From IMG/VR virus record IMGVR_UViG_3300038424_000251, positions 62,001 through 126,000 of that record: a stretch of DNA of 64,000 bases; one strand, 5' to 3'. The notes beneath the pieces were generated by a model that searched no databases, had not been told where the DNA came from, and saw only the letters and a list, made by a program, of their open reading frames with translations. Below are positions 19,833-29,588 of the stretch, piece after piece (position 1 is the stretch's first letter; each line of letters starts with the position of its first letter). Both the position numbers and the translations under genes were made by a program.

Positions 19833-21217
19833 AGTACCGAGCTAGTTACTGAATTGGTTGCTTCAGAACTTGAACTTGTTATTGGTGAAGGTGGATTTAT
19901 AGGTTTTAATTTCGGTAATTCTATCTTTTTCAATTTTGGTAAAATTAGCTTTTGTTCTGTAGCAAATTTAGGAACGTATTTTTCCAGAAGTTCGTAAAAT
20001 CTTTTATCCATAGCTTGAATAGAAAATTCTTCAACATTTTTTTTGCGAAGTTGTTCAGCTTTTTCAAGGAATGCTTTATAAAAATTAAAACAATTTCTCA
20101 TAGATTCCATTGCTTTAGGATAATCAACTGTAAACCATGATGATTCTTTAATCAGCCATTCATTTGCGCAATCTTCTGGAATTTTTTTTATTTCACCATG
20201 TAATAATTTACAAAATTTTGAGTCAAGAAAATCCAAATGACCGCTCCAATTAGAAGCTAATACAGGTTTACCACTTAAAGTAGAAAGCAATAATGGAAGA
20301 CCAAATCCTTCACCATGAGTGAAAGAAATATGTGCTTTAATCTTTGGATGATTATAGAGAGCATTCATTTCTGATTCCGTTAATTCGCCATATAGAATAT
20401 AAACGTTGGGAAGGTCTTTGGTATTTTTTTCCTGTTCAACTATGGACCTAACGGATTTTAATCGGTTAATCATATCGTGTTTATCCATGTTACATATTGC
20501 TGCTCCATTAGTCTTAATAACCAGAGCTGGTTTTCTTTTAGGTCCCATATTGGAAAATGTTATTAAGAAGGTTTTAATCAAATTACCAATATCTTTTCTG
20601 TCATTAAACAAACCACCACTTGTCCATTGACCAACAAAAAGAAAACAAAAATCTTCTTTAATAACAGACAATTCTTCTTCAATTCTTGGTTCAAATGATT
20701 TGTCATTTCCGTAAATTGATGTATCTGCTCCCCAAAATAACACTTCTATTGGTTTTATAGATTTTAATATTATAGGTGATTGGTTTGGTGCGGCTGGTTT
20801 TTGATATAATGGTTCTTCAAATACACTTTTAGCATGATTTGAAGTAACAATATTAAAATTCATTCTATTCAATCCTTCAATCCAATCTGTTCTGGCTAAG
20901 GTCGTCTCAATACCAGCAGTTATACCAATATTATATTTTGCTGGTGGTTGAAATTCATTAGGAATAGAACACTGAATAAATAATTCTGGTTGTTTAGACA
21001 ATGGTTGTCTAACAATTCTTTTGTATAATTCTTGCTCTGCAGAATCAGTTACATCTGAAAATAAATATTTTCTACTGCAATTACCCCAACGAGTAGGAAC
21101 TATCATCAAGTCATATTTGTCATATCTGAGCAAGCTTTTAGCTAAGGCTAATCCCAGATCACCATAGCCTGACCTAGTCCAAACCGGGGATTGAAAAATA
21201 CATATTGGTTTGTTCAT
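19829..21217 (-). CDS. GT4 glycosyltransferase
   Basis: SGYG, FLFVGQW…RKD, HGEGFGLP…KPVLASNWSGHLDF. Confidence 0.85.
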   Translation of the reverse strand: MNKPICIFQSPVWTRSGYGDLGLALAKSLLRYDKYDLMIVPTRWGNCSRKYLFSDVTDSAEQELYKRIVRQPLSKQPELFIQCSIPNEFQPPAKYNIGITAGIETTLARTDWIEGLNRMNFNIVTSNHAKSVFEEPLYQKPAAPNQSPIILKSIKPIEVLFWGADTSIYGNDKSFEPRIEEELSVIKEDFCFLFVGQWTSGGLFNDRKDIGNLIKTFLITFSNMGPKRKPALVIKTNGAAICNMDKHDMINRLKSVRSIVEQEKNTKDLPNVYILYGELTESEMNALYNHPKIKAHISFTHGEGFGLPLLLSTLSGKPVLASNWSGHLDFLDSKFCKLLHGEIKKIPEDCANEWLIKESSWFTVDYPKAMESMRNCFNFYKAFLEKAEQLRKKNVEEFSIQAMDKRFYELLEKYVPKFATEQKLILPKLKKIELPKLKPINPPSPITSSSSEATNSVTSSVL

Positions 21218-21227
21218 ATTATGATAC

Positions 21228-21926
21228 TCATTTCTCTCTTTCTTTTATCATGGTTTCATATTTTTTTGGAGCGGGGATTTCTGATGCTCCTGTTTTCTTC
21301 CATCTATCCATTAAATTATTAGCTTCTTTAGGAGATTCAATTTTTTTTTCTGTAATATGAATAGTATTGGTACCACTGCTGCCAAATCCACCAGAACCAC
21401 GTTCGGTAGTTGTCAAGTCAGCAACTACAACCCAATCAATGGGGTTTGTTACTTCTGACACAAGTTGACCGATTTTGTCGCCTTTTTTGTAGATTTTTTC
21501 CATATTGATTTTACCTCTTAAAGTTTTTCTTCCCCAACCAAATTCTTTTGTATTTACAGTTTCATTAATTGGAACAACACAAGAAAACATGTCATCCGGT
21601 TGCCAGATATATTTAAAACAAAGAAGTAATTCGCCTCTATAATCATTATCAATTAACCCAATACTGTTTGCTAGAATCAAATTATATTTTCTCAAGCTTG
21701 AACGTGGAAAAATAAGCGTATGATAATTTTGATTGTATGTGTCTGTTTGTGGAGAAATGAATAACCCTGTTTTATATTCAATATAATCTATTGATTTCCA
21801 ATCATCTCCGTCTTGTTTTCCAATAATTTTGGGGTCTTCCAATGCTATAACGTCATAGCCAGAAGATTGTGAAGTAGCTGCTTGAGGTATAACTAAACCA
21901 TCTGAATTTTTAACGTGTATTTTCAT
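21228..21926 (-). CDS. dut: trimeric dUTPase
   Basis: SSGYD, PRSS, GLIDNDYRGEL, GDKIGQL, RGSGGFGSSG. Confidence 0.95.
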   Translation of the reverse strand: MKIHVKNSDGLVIPQAATSQSSGYDVIALEDPKIIGKQDGDDWKSIDYIEYKTGLFISPQTDTYNQNYHTLIFPRSSLRKYNLILANSIGLIDNDYRGELLLCFKYIWQPDDMFSCVVPINETVNTKEFGWGRKTLRGKINMEKIYKKGDKIGQLVSEVTNPIDWVVVADLTTTERGSGGFGSSGTNTIHITEKKIESPKEANNLMDRWKKTGASEIPAPKKYETMIKEREK

Positions 21927-21933
21927 GTAACCA

Positions 21934-21961
21934 ATTATATCGTAAAAATTGGATTATTCAA
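21934..21961 (-). promoter_or_regulatory. sigma70-like promoter TTGAAT-16-TATAAT, 7 nt before the dut ATG
   Basis: Motif match on the minus strand. Confidence 0.65.
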
Positions 21962-21965
21962 GTTT

Positions 21966-22172
21966 CTATAATTTTATTTCTAAAAGGTCTATGGTTGTAG
22001 ATGATTTATCATATATGATAATAGGTAATTTTTTGTTACTAATTCCTATTTCTTTTGACATTTCATCACCTATTTTATTGGCATATTTTTTATAATCTTC
22101 CTGTTTTCCGAAACGATTACTATCAAGACCTATCAATAAAACCGTCTTAGTTTTGGGTTTTATTTTTTTCAT
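21966..22172 (-). CDS. hypothetical protein
   Basis: 68 aa ORF coupled to the upstream GT. Confidence 0.55.
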   Translation of the reverse strand: MKKIKPKTKTVLLIGLDSNRFGKQEDYKKYANKIGDEMSKEIGISNKKLPIIIYDKSSTTIDLLEIKL

Positions 22173-23671
22173 ATATTTGCACTTTCTATTTGTTGTTTAA
22201 TTTTTTCTTGGTCAAATTTGGGAATTTCAAATCCCATTCCACCCGGCATCAAATTACCTACATAATCATTTTCGGTAAAAATACTAAAAGGTTTTACGGA
22301 CTTGAAATTATTCAAAGTATAATCCATACATTTGATAAATTCATTACACATGTTTTCAGAATTGATACCACCTTCATTCATTGCCCATCTTCTTCCTTCT
22401 TCACCACATTTTGTTCTTTTTTCATCTCCCATCAAATACCAGTACATTAATCCTTCAGCCGCATCTTCCCAACGTGTCATATCATCAAAAATATATGGTG
22501 TTGGAATAGAACCCTGAATGCATTGAACGAGTGGATATACAGGATACGCCCATATACCATGTTTCTTATATTTACCTATATTATTAGAACCAAAATGTAA
22601 ATCAAATTCTATGGGTGAACCATCATCCTTGGTTTGCCCTATTTGGTCTTGAAGTCCACCAGTTACAGCTGTAATAATAGGTGTGCCAGCCATAAGTGAT
22701 TCTGCAGTTGAAAGACCAAATCCTTCATTTGATGACAGATTAATAGTGACATCAGCAATGTTATATAATAAGTTTAAATCTTCTGGTGGATATTTTGCTG
22801 TTGAAAACATAACATCATAGTTTGGACAGAAGGCTTCTTTAACGGCCAGCAAATCTGTTCCAGCTTCTTGACGAACTTCTGTATGTAATATCAATATACA
22901 TTTTTCTGATTCTTCTTTTGGAAGATTGTCACAAAATGCTTTATAGGCTAACATGATATTACTTGTTCTCTTTCTTTGAACATTTCGTGAATTGTAAAAG
23001 ATTATGAAGTTATAATCCTTATTATGAAACATATCTTTGCGTCGTTTTTGTAAATTGGTATCATCTTTTGGAAGAGGATGGAATATTTTACTATTAATTC
23101 CATGAGGAACATAATGTAATACAGTCTTATTATCTGTATCTTTAGAATCGATGGTGGAAACTTTATCTGGTCCTAACACCCATTTGTTTATGTTATACGT
23201 TTGTTTGCTGATTGACATTAATAAATCACATGATTCGTAGTATGGTCTGTTGTACATTGGAAATGGGATATCATCCCAAATATTCAAGTAAGTTAAGGGC
23301 ATTTTAGAACGAATTTGCCTTTCTATAGCATATAACCATCCCCAGAATCTTGGATCTGTAAAATGAAGAAGTGCATCAGGTTTTTCTCTCTCAACAATAC
23401 TAAATAAAATTTCTTCATTTCCATAACCATCAACAGGATATAAAGTTACTTTTGCATCTTTAATGCCTGAAATTTGTGCGGTAGCTGCATCCATGTTGAC
23501 TATTTTACCTTTTTCAGGATGTTGAATTGCACCGGCAATCTGAACCCAATCATAATGTTTGACGGTCCCTAAAACGACTTCTCTTGTCATAGTAGCCACA
23601 CCTGAATGCATCCTCAAGTCATCGGACAAACATATTATTTTTGGTTTAGCCATAATGATTTTAAGAACCAA
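22169..23671 (-). CDS. GT4 glycosyltransferase
   Basis: HSGVA, VPHG, SRNVQRK, YNIADVTINLSSNEGFGLSTAESLMAGTP. Confidence 0.9.
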   Translation of the reverse strand: MVLKIIMAKPKIICLSDDLRMHSGVATMTREVVLGTVKHYDWVQIAGAIQHPEKGKIVNMDAATAQISGIKDAKVTLYPVDGYGNEEILFSIVEREKPDALLHFTDPRFWGWLYAIERQIRSKMPLTYLNIWDDIPFPMYNRPYYESCDLLMSISKQTYNINKWVLGPDKVSTIDSKDTDNKTVLHYVPHGINSKIFHPLPKDDTNLQKRRKDMFHNKDYNFIIFYNSRNVQRKRTSNIMLAYKAFCDNLPKEESEKCILILHTEVRQEAGTDLLAVKEAFCPNYDVMFSTAKYPPEDLNLLYNIADVTINLSSNEGFGLSTAESLMAGTPIITAVTGGLQDQIGQTKDDGSPIEFDLHFGSNNIGKYKKHGIWAYPVYPLVQCIQGSIPTPYIFDDMTRWEDAAEGLMYWYLMGDEKRTKCGEEGRRWAMNEGGINSENMCNEFIKCMDYTLNNFKSVKPFSIFTENDYVGNLMPGGMGFEIPKFDQEKIKQQIESANI

Positions 23672-23876
23672 ATGAACCAGTAGAACTTAGAACAGGAACA
23701 ATATAATTGTTTATAAGTGTTCTGAATGATGAAGAAGAGGAAGTATCGCCTACATAAAGGTGTACACATTTCTCAACGAATGTTTGAAGGGTAAGATTAT
23801 TTTGAATACCTAATATCTTAAAAGAATCATAAAGGCTCTTTTCAATCTTTACCGTAGTAGCTGTTTTTGTTTTCAT
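23661..23876 (-). CDS. putative ribbon-helix-helix regulator (start reassigned to MKTKTATTVKI)
   Basis: TTVKIEKSLYDSFK…LTLQTFVEKCV beta-alpha-alpha pattern; upstream inverted repeat. Confidence 0.55.
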   Translation of the reverse strand: MKTKTATTVKIEKSLYDSFKILGIQNNLTLQTFVEKCVHLYVGDTSSSSSFRTLINNYIVPVLSSTGSFGS

Positions 23877-23935
23877 ATGTATGTAAACGTTTTTACGTTT
23901 GACTATACATATTAGTAATTTTTGGATATGATAAT

Positions 23936-24466
23936 TTATATTTTGGGAATGTGTTTCCACATTCGGCCTTTAGCAATCTTACATACTAATCCTCTGGAAA
24001 TATTGAATTTTTGACCTATTTGGGAATAAGAAAAATTGTTCTTTTTTATAAGTTTATTGATTTGAATAACTTTTTTATCATTTAATTTTTTAACAGATGA
24101 TTTCTGTTTTTTAGAAGTAGATTTTTCTATATTTTCTTTATGTGTTATGTATTCAAGATTTTTATAGAAATTATTTCTTGAATTTTCATCTTTGTGATTT
24201 ATATCAAATGAATTTTTACATAAAGGACAATATGAATTGCCTGAAAGAAATGCATCGGCAACAAGTTTGTGGACATTATAAGTTTTACTTTGACCATCTT
24301 TACATAAAGTGATAAGAGCGTAATTACCTTTTGAAGATTGTTTTAACATTTTAGGTTTTTTGTTGGCCACGAGTCTGTGAATATAAGAAATTCTTTTTAT
24401 GTTTCCTATAGAGGAAACTTGATACAGACCCTCATATCCCTTTACATCTTTCCAAATCTCATTCAT
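23936..24466 (-). CDS. NUMOD4-HNH homing endonuclease with C-terminal HTH
   Basis: EIWKDVKGYEGLYQVSSIG (NUMOD4), VHKLVADAF, INHKDENSRNN..NLEY. Confidence 0.9.
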   Translation of the reverse strand: MNEIWKDVKGYEGLYQVSSIGNIKRISYIHRLVANKKPKMLKQSSKGNYALITLCKDGQSKTYNVHKLVADAFLSGNSYCPLCKNSFDINHKDENSRNNFYKNLEYITHKENIEKSTSKKQKSSVKKLNDKKVIQINKLIKKNNFSYSQIGQKFNISRGLVCKIAKGRMWKHIPKI

Positions 24467-24473
24467 AATACTA

Positions 24474-24503
24474 ACATTACAGCATTATTTATTCGATTGT
24501 CAA
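24474..24503 (-). promoter_or_regulatory. sigma70-like promoter TTGACA-18-TAATGT, 7 nt before the NUMOD4-HNH ATG
   Basis: Motif match on the minus strand. Confidence 0.45.
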
Positions 24504-24531
24504 TTTTATATTCGTCAAATTGAAAAATTGC

Positions 24532-25077
24532 TTATTTTATTCTTTTCGGATAAAGCTTTGGTGGCAACTTATTTCTGAGAGCTTTTATATTACCACGAAG
24601 AATATAAGCGTATTTATGAAATCCTGTTTTGGATTTACCAAGATATATTGCGTTGGTGGCTTGATAAACTGTTCCAATATGACCAGCTTTTTCATTGGCA
24701 TTTGTTATCACCACTTTTACGTTGGGTTCGTCTTGTTTTAGGAGTTTTAGTGTTTGTGCGATAACATAAGATTCCAGATTAGGAATACCAACGTCAGCAA
24801 GATATAATCTTTTCAAATCCAACACTTCTCCCGACATAGCTTCTGGGCTTAGAAATTTTGAAGCAGAATACATTGGAAGTCCATATATAGCCATCCCAAT
24901 TGCCATCTTTTGTTGGCCATGAGGATATTTGTATCTCACGACATATATTCTTTTGACGCGAGCTGGTATAGTATGAAGATAATGTTTCTTAGCTAGTTGT
25001 ATTATTGCTTCCCTTGTAGCAGGAACAACCTCTACTTCATCTTGTAATCCTTCAATAATAAGCTTTTTAAGATTCAT
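24532..25077 (-). CDS. Mom-like (GNAT fold) DNA modification protein
   Basis: KHYL, IGMAIYG.P, LKRLY…PNLES..IAQTLK, GHIGTVYQATN..YLG. Confidence 0.75.
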   Translation of the reverse strand: MNLKKLIIEGLQDEVEVVPATREAIIQLAKKHYLHTIPARVKRIYVVRYKYPHGQQKMAIGMAIYGLPMYSASKFLSPEAMSGEVLDLKRLYLADVGIPNLESYVIAQTLKLLKQDEPNVKVVITNANEKAGHIGTVYQATNAIYLGKSKTGFHKYAYILRGNIKALRNKLPPKLYPKRIK

Positions 25078-26425
25078 ACCCTTTCATCTGTTGTTCAGAA
25101 GTTTGAATAAGTTTTTTGATAATATCTTCTGCTTTACCACCACCCAATAAAACCTCTTTTATATGTGGTATGGATAATCTGTAAAAAAGTTTTTTAACAA
25201 TAGGGAGATATTCTATTTTATCTGCTGGTATCAATTGTCGGAGTCTATTATCCAAACCCGGACCTGCTAGAAATTGTTTTAATTCATCACTCAATGGTTC
25301 CACATCCAATTCTTTTTGAGAAGCAATATCCATAGAAAGATACTCACCTATACCTTTAACTAATTCATGAATCAATAATACAAAATTTCTTCCTCTAACT
25401 TTAATAGTATATTTGTCACCTGTAGGAATTATTTCTTCACTTCCAACCGCAGCAGTATCTACAAACATTCTAGTAAATCGTATTTTGGGTAATCTATAAT
25501 TGAGAACCAGAGATACAGCCGATACAAGTCCATATTTTTGTGGTAAGGTTCGGTCTATTTTTTGTAATTCCTCATTTACTTCATTAAAAAGGAAAAATTT
25601 GTTAAGAGCATCTCCTTGAGTGATATAATTTGCCAAAGTTCTTCTTAATTTACTTTCAATGTCTCCCGATAATGCTGAATAAATTTGAGCATTAAGATTT
25701 TCAGCAACAGTCAGTTCATTACCCATCATTTGGTTCATTTCATCTTCAGCAATAGCATTTGTCAAATCAGCAGAAGCTAGTTTAACGTCTATAATGATTT
25801 CTCCCGACTGAACAAGTTGTTTTATGAATTTATACTCTCGAAGATTTAGAACCAAATTGACGGCAAGTTTTTCAAGTTGTGATTTTCTATTTCTTTCTAT
25901 ATCTTCAATTTGGATTGCTGTTGTCATAAGTAATTCCAACATAGATGGTAGAGTTGGAAACAATCTTTGAAGATTTGCTACAGGTTGTTCGACATAATGA
26001 GCAAGTCTATCTACTGCTTTACGATAACCTTCACTTGTAATAATTTCAAGGTATTTATCTGCATTACTTCCAAGATTTGGAAATATTGCTTCAACATAAT
26101 CAGTTTCATTTTCTATTGCTGCTCTTTTTTCAGGATGAATGAAATCTGGGTAGTCTCCAATATTTATGGTTTCTTTTATACCTTTTCTTGCGTTTATGAA
26201 TAATTGAACATCGTGTGATAAAGCTTTTGGTTTAGGACGAATGCCCGGTCTTGTTGGTTGAAGTGGATGGGGTGTTTTTGGAGTAGGCGGCTGAATAGGA
26301 GTAGGTTGTCTAACTGGAGATGGAGCAGGTTTAGTTGGTGGTGGTGGTGCAGTTGTTTGTTCGTTGGGTGATAAAGTCTCTTCAACTACTAACTTGATTA
26401 TATTCCTCAACTGACTTCTTTTCAT
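25067..26425 (-). CDS. putative internal virion protein (start reassigned to MKRSQLRNIIKLVVEE)
   Basis: K..L..II..V.EE leader, Pro-rich linker, VLLIHELVKG motif; ATG at 26425 avoids overlap with the divergent gene. Confidence 0.6.
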   Translation of the reverse strand: MKRSQLRNIIKLVVEETLSPNEQTTAPPPPTKPAPSPVRQPTPIQPPTPKTPHPLQPTRPGIRPKPKALSHDVQLFINARKGIKETINIGDYPDFIHPEKRAAIENETDYVEAIFPNLGSNADKYLEIITSEGYRKAVDRLAHYVEQPVANLQRLFPTLPSMLELLMTTAIQIEDIERNRKSQLEKLAVNLVLNLREYKFIKQLVQSGEIIIDVKLASADLTNAIAEDEMNQMMGNELTVAENLNAQIYSALSGDIESKLRRTLANYITQGDALNKFFLFNEVNEELQKIDRTLPQKYGLVSAVSLVLNYRLPKIRFTRMFVDTAAVGSEEIIPTGDKYTIKVRGRNFVLLIHELVKGIGEYLSMDIASQKELDVEPLSDELKQFLAGPGLDNRLRQLIPADKIEYLPIVKKLFYRLSIPHIKEVLLGGGKAEDIIKKLIQTSEQQMKGYES

Positions 26426-26441
26426 AATATGTACATATAAC

Positions 26442-27959
26442 ATGAAATTGTTTGAGTTAAAGTCATTGATAGAAAGCATCGTTTCTGAGGAAATAAATAA
26501 AGAACAGTTAAACTCTGTAGCTAAAACTTTACATATTCCTGTTGGTAAATTGAACGCATGGGTAAAAGGTGTTGACCCTACTTCAAGGCAATCTTTTTCT
26601 GTATGGATACTTCGGATGCTAAAAAATCAACAAATAAGATTTGAAGACAGTCTTAGAGTAGGAAGTGCTATAAACCGATTTATTCAACTTAGAAATGCTA
26701 ATAGGATAGAAGACATAATGAGATTTCCAACAATTCATGAATTGGAAACAAGAATGGACCAACTAGAAGGTCAGGGTTCAAAAAGACAGGGATTTGCTGG
26801 GGTAAATCCATTAACTCTTCCGGGAGTTGAAATATTGGAAAAGAGACCTGATATAACATTCTATAAGGTAACTAATCCAAGTTCATTGGCAAAAATGGGA
26901 GAGGGAACAAAATGGTGTACTAGATTTTCTTTTAATAAAAGTATAAGTACTGCAAAAGGATATATAGATAGATACGGATATTTGGTAATTGGATATAAAG
27001 ATGGAAAACCTTATGTTCAATACAACCCCGATTACAGTCAAGTAATGGATGTTAATGATGTAAGTTTTCATCATGTTAGTAGAGAAATAGCAAAACAATT
27101 AAATCTTCCACCACCAGAAATTATTAAAAGACCTCTGCCTAAAATAGACCCAAGTAAATATCCACCACTTCGTACTACAAAAAAAAGAGAATTTAAACCT
27201 GAAACTCCTGCTCAAACTAAATTAAGAAGTTGGTTAAAATTTACGACTCAACGAAAACCAGAATGGGAAAAATTTATTAAATCTAAATCTGACCGCAAGA
27301 GTACAAAAGGAAAAGATATAGATTATGAACAAAGGGTTGCTAGAGCAATTACAAGAAGTACTCATCCATTTCATATTGACCGAGTAATGTATTATTTTGT
27401 AGATTATGCTAAAAAGGAAATTCCCGGAGAACGTTCTCCTGTAATAGAAAAAGCAATATTGGAAAAAGACTTTAAACCAACTATGGTGGCAGGAAAAGGA
27501 GGACGTGGTTCTGGTTCAAGAACTCGAATACCCGGTATTGATGGCATAATATTTTATGTTAAAAATAATATTAAATCAAATTGGCCTGAATTTGAACAAA
27601 AAATACAAAATGATGCAGCCAATTCTGTAAAATATTATACGAATACTGGATTAAATCCAGATAATATACCTGATGGAATAGTAAAAGATATGGTATTATT
27701 TGTAAAATTTATCAAGGATAAACACATTACACCATCAAAAGAAAAATTTGAAGCATCTATAGTAGATTTCATTTCAAGAGCAAGAAATCAGTTTAAATAT
27801 GGTCAATTTTCTCCTATTTTATATAATGTTATTATTCCATACATGGAATTGGTTAAAAAACCATTAATAAGAATTGTTGGTTCTAAATTATACAACATTC
27901 TTACACGTAGTAATGCAACATTTAGGGGTGTTGTAAAAAGAACGGAAAATGGATTTTAG
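26442..27959 (+). CDS. putative internal virion protein with GTKWC motif
   Basis: MKLFELKSLIESIVSEE leader; MGEGTKWCT motif of the kind seen in large-phage proteins. Confidence 0.6.
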   Translation: MKLFELKSLIESIVSEEINKEQLNSVAKTLHIPVGKLNAWVKGVDPTSRQSFSVWILRMLKNQQIRFEDSLRVGSAINRFIQLRNANRIEDIMRFPTIHELETRMDQLEGQGSKRQGFAGVNPLTLPGVEILEKRPDITFYKVTNPSSLAKMGEGTKWCTRFSFNKSISTAKGYIDRYGYLVIGYKDGKPYVQYNPDYSQVMDVNDVSFHHVSREIAKQLNLPPPEIIKRPLPKIDPSKYPPLRTTKKREFKPETPAQTKLRSWLKFTTQRKPEWEKFIKSKSDRKSTKGKDIDYEQRVARAITRSTHPFHIDRVMYYFVDYAKKEIPGERSPVIEKAILEKDFKPTMVAGKGGRGSGSRTRIPGIDGIIFYVKNNIKSNWPEFEQKIQNDAANSVKYYTNTGLNPDNIPDGIVKDMVLFVKFIKDKHITPSKEKFEASIVDFISRARNQFKYGQFSPILYNVIIPYMELVKKPLIRIVGSKLYNILTRSNATFRGVVKRTENGF

Positions 27960-27961
27960 AG

Positions 27962-28873
27962 TTAATCACGTTCTTCTTTTGGAATATCTGAAATTGCGTT
28001 ACAATTTATACCCTTATGGGGACAATAACGGCAATTCTTTTTTCCTTTTCCGGGATTTTTTAAGTAAATTTTGGAATCCTCTATAAAATTACCCTCGGGT
28101 GTAAAACATTCCGCAACAAATTCAGCAAATCTATTCAATGCTTTAGCTACAGATTGTTGATTATTTTTTGGAATGAATGTTTGAATACGACTTTGAGGAA
28201 ATGCATAATTTTCCCAAAGTTTTCTTCTGAGGATGAAAAATTCAACGTCAATCATATTAATATCAACATTATATTTCCTACTGAAAAATGCTTTGTATAA
28301 AAGAATTTGAGAAATTTTAGCTTCATCATCTCTTTGATAATGATTCCATCCACTTGTGGAAGTTTTAATATCAATAATTTTGTATCTACCTGTTGCTTTT
28401 TCTTTTAGAACAACATCAATGTAACAAATAAATTCCACATTGTTTTTAATTGGCATTATAATTTCATCTTCAATGGCAATAAATTCATATTTACCTGACG
28501 GGAAATGTTTAATACGGTTAGTAATATTAGTAAATGCAATAATGATATTATCACCGTCTTCATAATATTCTTTCTTGATTGCCGGTTCGACCACAACTTT
28601 TGTTTTTTCTAATTCTCTATCAAAAGCAATTTTGAATATTTCATAAAGGTTATGTGCATCAGCATCTTTTGCAGATTTTTTATATAAAGTTTTAATGTAT
28701 AATTGAGTAGCTTCGTGCATCGCTGTGCCGAAACAAGTATTTACATTATCTTCAAATTCACGCAATCCTTTTACGTGGTCGAGATACCATCTGTGTCGGC
28801 AATTAAACCAGTTAGAAAATTGAGAGAAACTGACGCGCTTTTTTCCATTGGTTGGTGTAGAATTTCTTTCCAT
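27962..28873 (-). CDS. PD-(D/E)XK exonuclease, Cas4/RecB-like (start reassigned to MERNS)
   Basis: SFSQ…C, FGTAMHE, YIDVV…IIDIKT, QILLY, C-terminal CRYCP….C. Confidence 0.85.
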   Translation of the reverse strand: MERNSTPTNGKKRVSFSQFSNWFNCRHRWYLDHVKGLREFEDNVNTCFGTAMHEATQLYIKTLYKKSAKDADAHNLYEIFKIAFDRELEKTKVVVEPAIKKEYYEDGDNIIIAFTNITNRIKHFPSGKYEFIAIEDEIIMPIKNNVEFICYIDVVLKEKATGRYKIIDIKTSTSGWNHYQRDDEAKISQILLYKAFFSRKYNVDINMIDVEFFILRRKLWENYAFPQSRIQTFIPKNNQQSVAKALNRFAEFVAECFTPEGNFIEDSKIYLKNPGKGKKNCRYCPHKGINCNAISDIPKEERD

Positions 28874-28880
28874 TGATGTT

Positions 28881-28909
28881 ACTTTATCAATATTAGAGAT
28901 ACTTGTCAA
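28881..28909 (-). promoter_or_regulatory. sigma70-like promoter TTGACA-17-TAAAGT, 7 nt before the ATG at 28873
   Basis: The TTG start on the ORF track is the -35 box. Confidence 0.7.
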
Positions 28910-28959
28910 ATATTTATACTATATGAAAACCATGTTATTTTATATGGTATTATAATACA

Positions 28960-28987
28960 TTGACTTTTCCTTAAAACGTGATATAAT
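28960..28987 (+). promoter_or_regulatory. sigma70-like promoter TTGACT-16-TATAAT (TG-extended) for the polymerase operon
   Basis: Motif match, 9 nt before the ATG at 28997. Confidence 0.7.
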
Positions 28988-28996
28988 TTATCTATA

Positions 28997-29299
28997 ATGA
29001 GAATTAGTCAACTCCAATCACTGACACAAGAAGAACTTCAACTTCTTTTTTACATAATAAACGTAATAGAACCATTGACTTCTCCTAAAATAGAAATAGG
29101 TTCTAAAGAAATTTTATGGTTTAAACATGATACGTTAGTTTGGAAACTTTCTAAACAAGAATCAAAATTAACTCCCGAAGGAAAAACTATATTTCAGGGG
29201 TTAATGACTAAACTAAACAAAATAGCAACACAAGAAGCGAAAGAATATTATGAATGTGCCTCAAATTCAACATCTACACAGCCAGAATTTCAATTCTGA
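28997..29299 (+). CDS. hypothetical protein
   Basis: 100 aa ORF at the head of the polymerase operon. Confidence 0.65.
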   Translation: MRISQLQSLTQEELQLLFYIINVIEPLTSPKIEIGSKEILWFKHDTLVWKLSKQESKLTPEGKTIFQGLMTKLNKIATQEAKEYYECASNSTSTQPEFQF

Positions 29300-29588
29300 A
29301 TTCGTAGAATTTGTTTGGCAGTTTCCTGCCAGAGAAGATTTACAAGAACAAGTAATCTTACAAGTTTATAAAAATGGTACCCTATATATCGAAGGCGGTA
29401 TTATCAATGCTGATGGAAATTATACATCAGAACATGCGGAGAGTGATTATGCCGTTTCTGAAATTACTGTAGATTGGCTTAAAAGTACTCAATTTAATTC
29501 ACTCATCAACTATATCAAGAAATTTTTCTCTCTTGAAAAAGAACTTGCCGAATTGGTTGAAGAAACTGTAAAATATTTAAAAGAATAA
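29250..29588 (+). CDS. hypothetical protein
   Basis: 112 aa ORF; TAATG coupling to the polymerase. Confidence 0.65.
   Translation: MNVPQIQHLHSQNFNSEFVEFVWQFPAREDLQEQVILQVYKNGTLYIEGGIINADGNYTSEHAESDYAVSEITVDWLKSTQFNSLINYIKKFFSLEKELAELVEETVKYLKE

Noticed and set aside
27962-28873. CRISPR-Cas locus
   Set aside because: Solo Cas4-like nuclease; no repeat-spacer array or other cas genes seen
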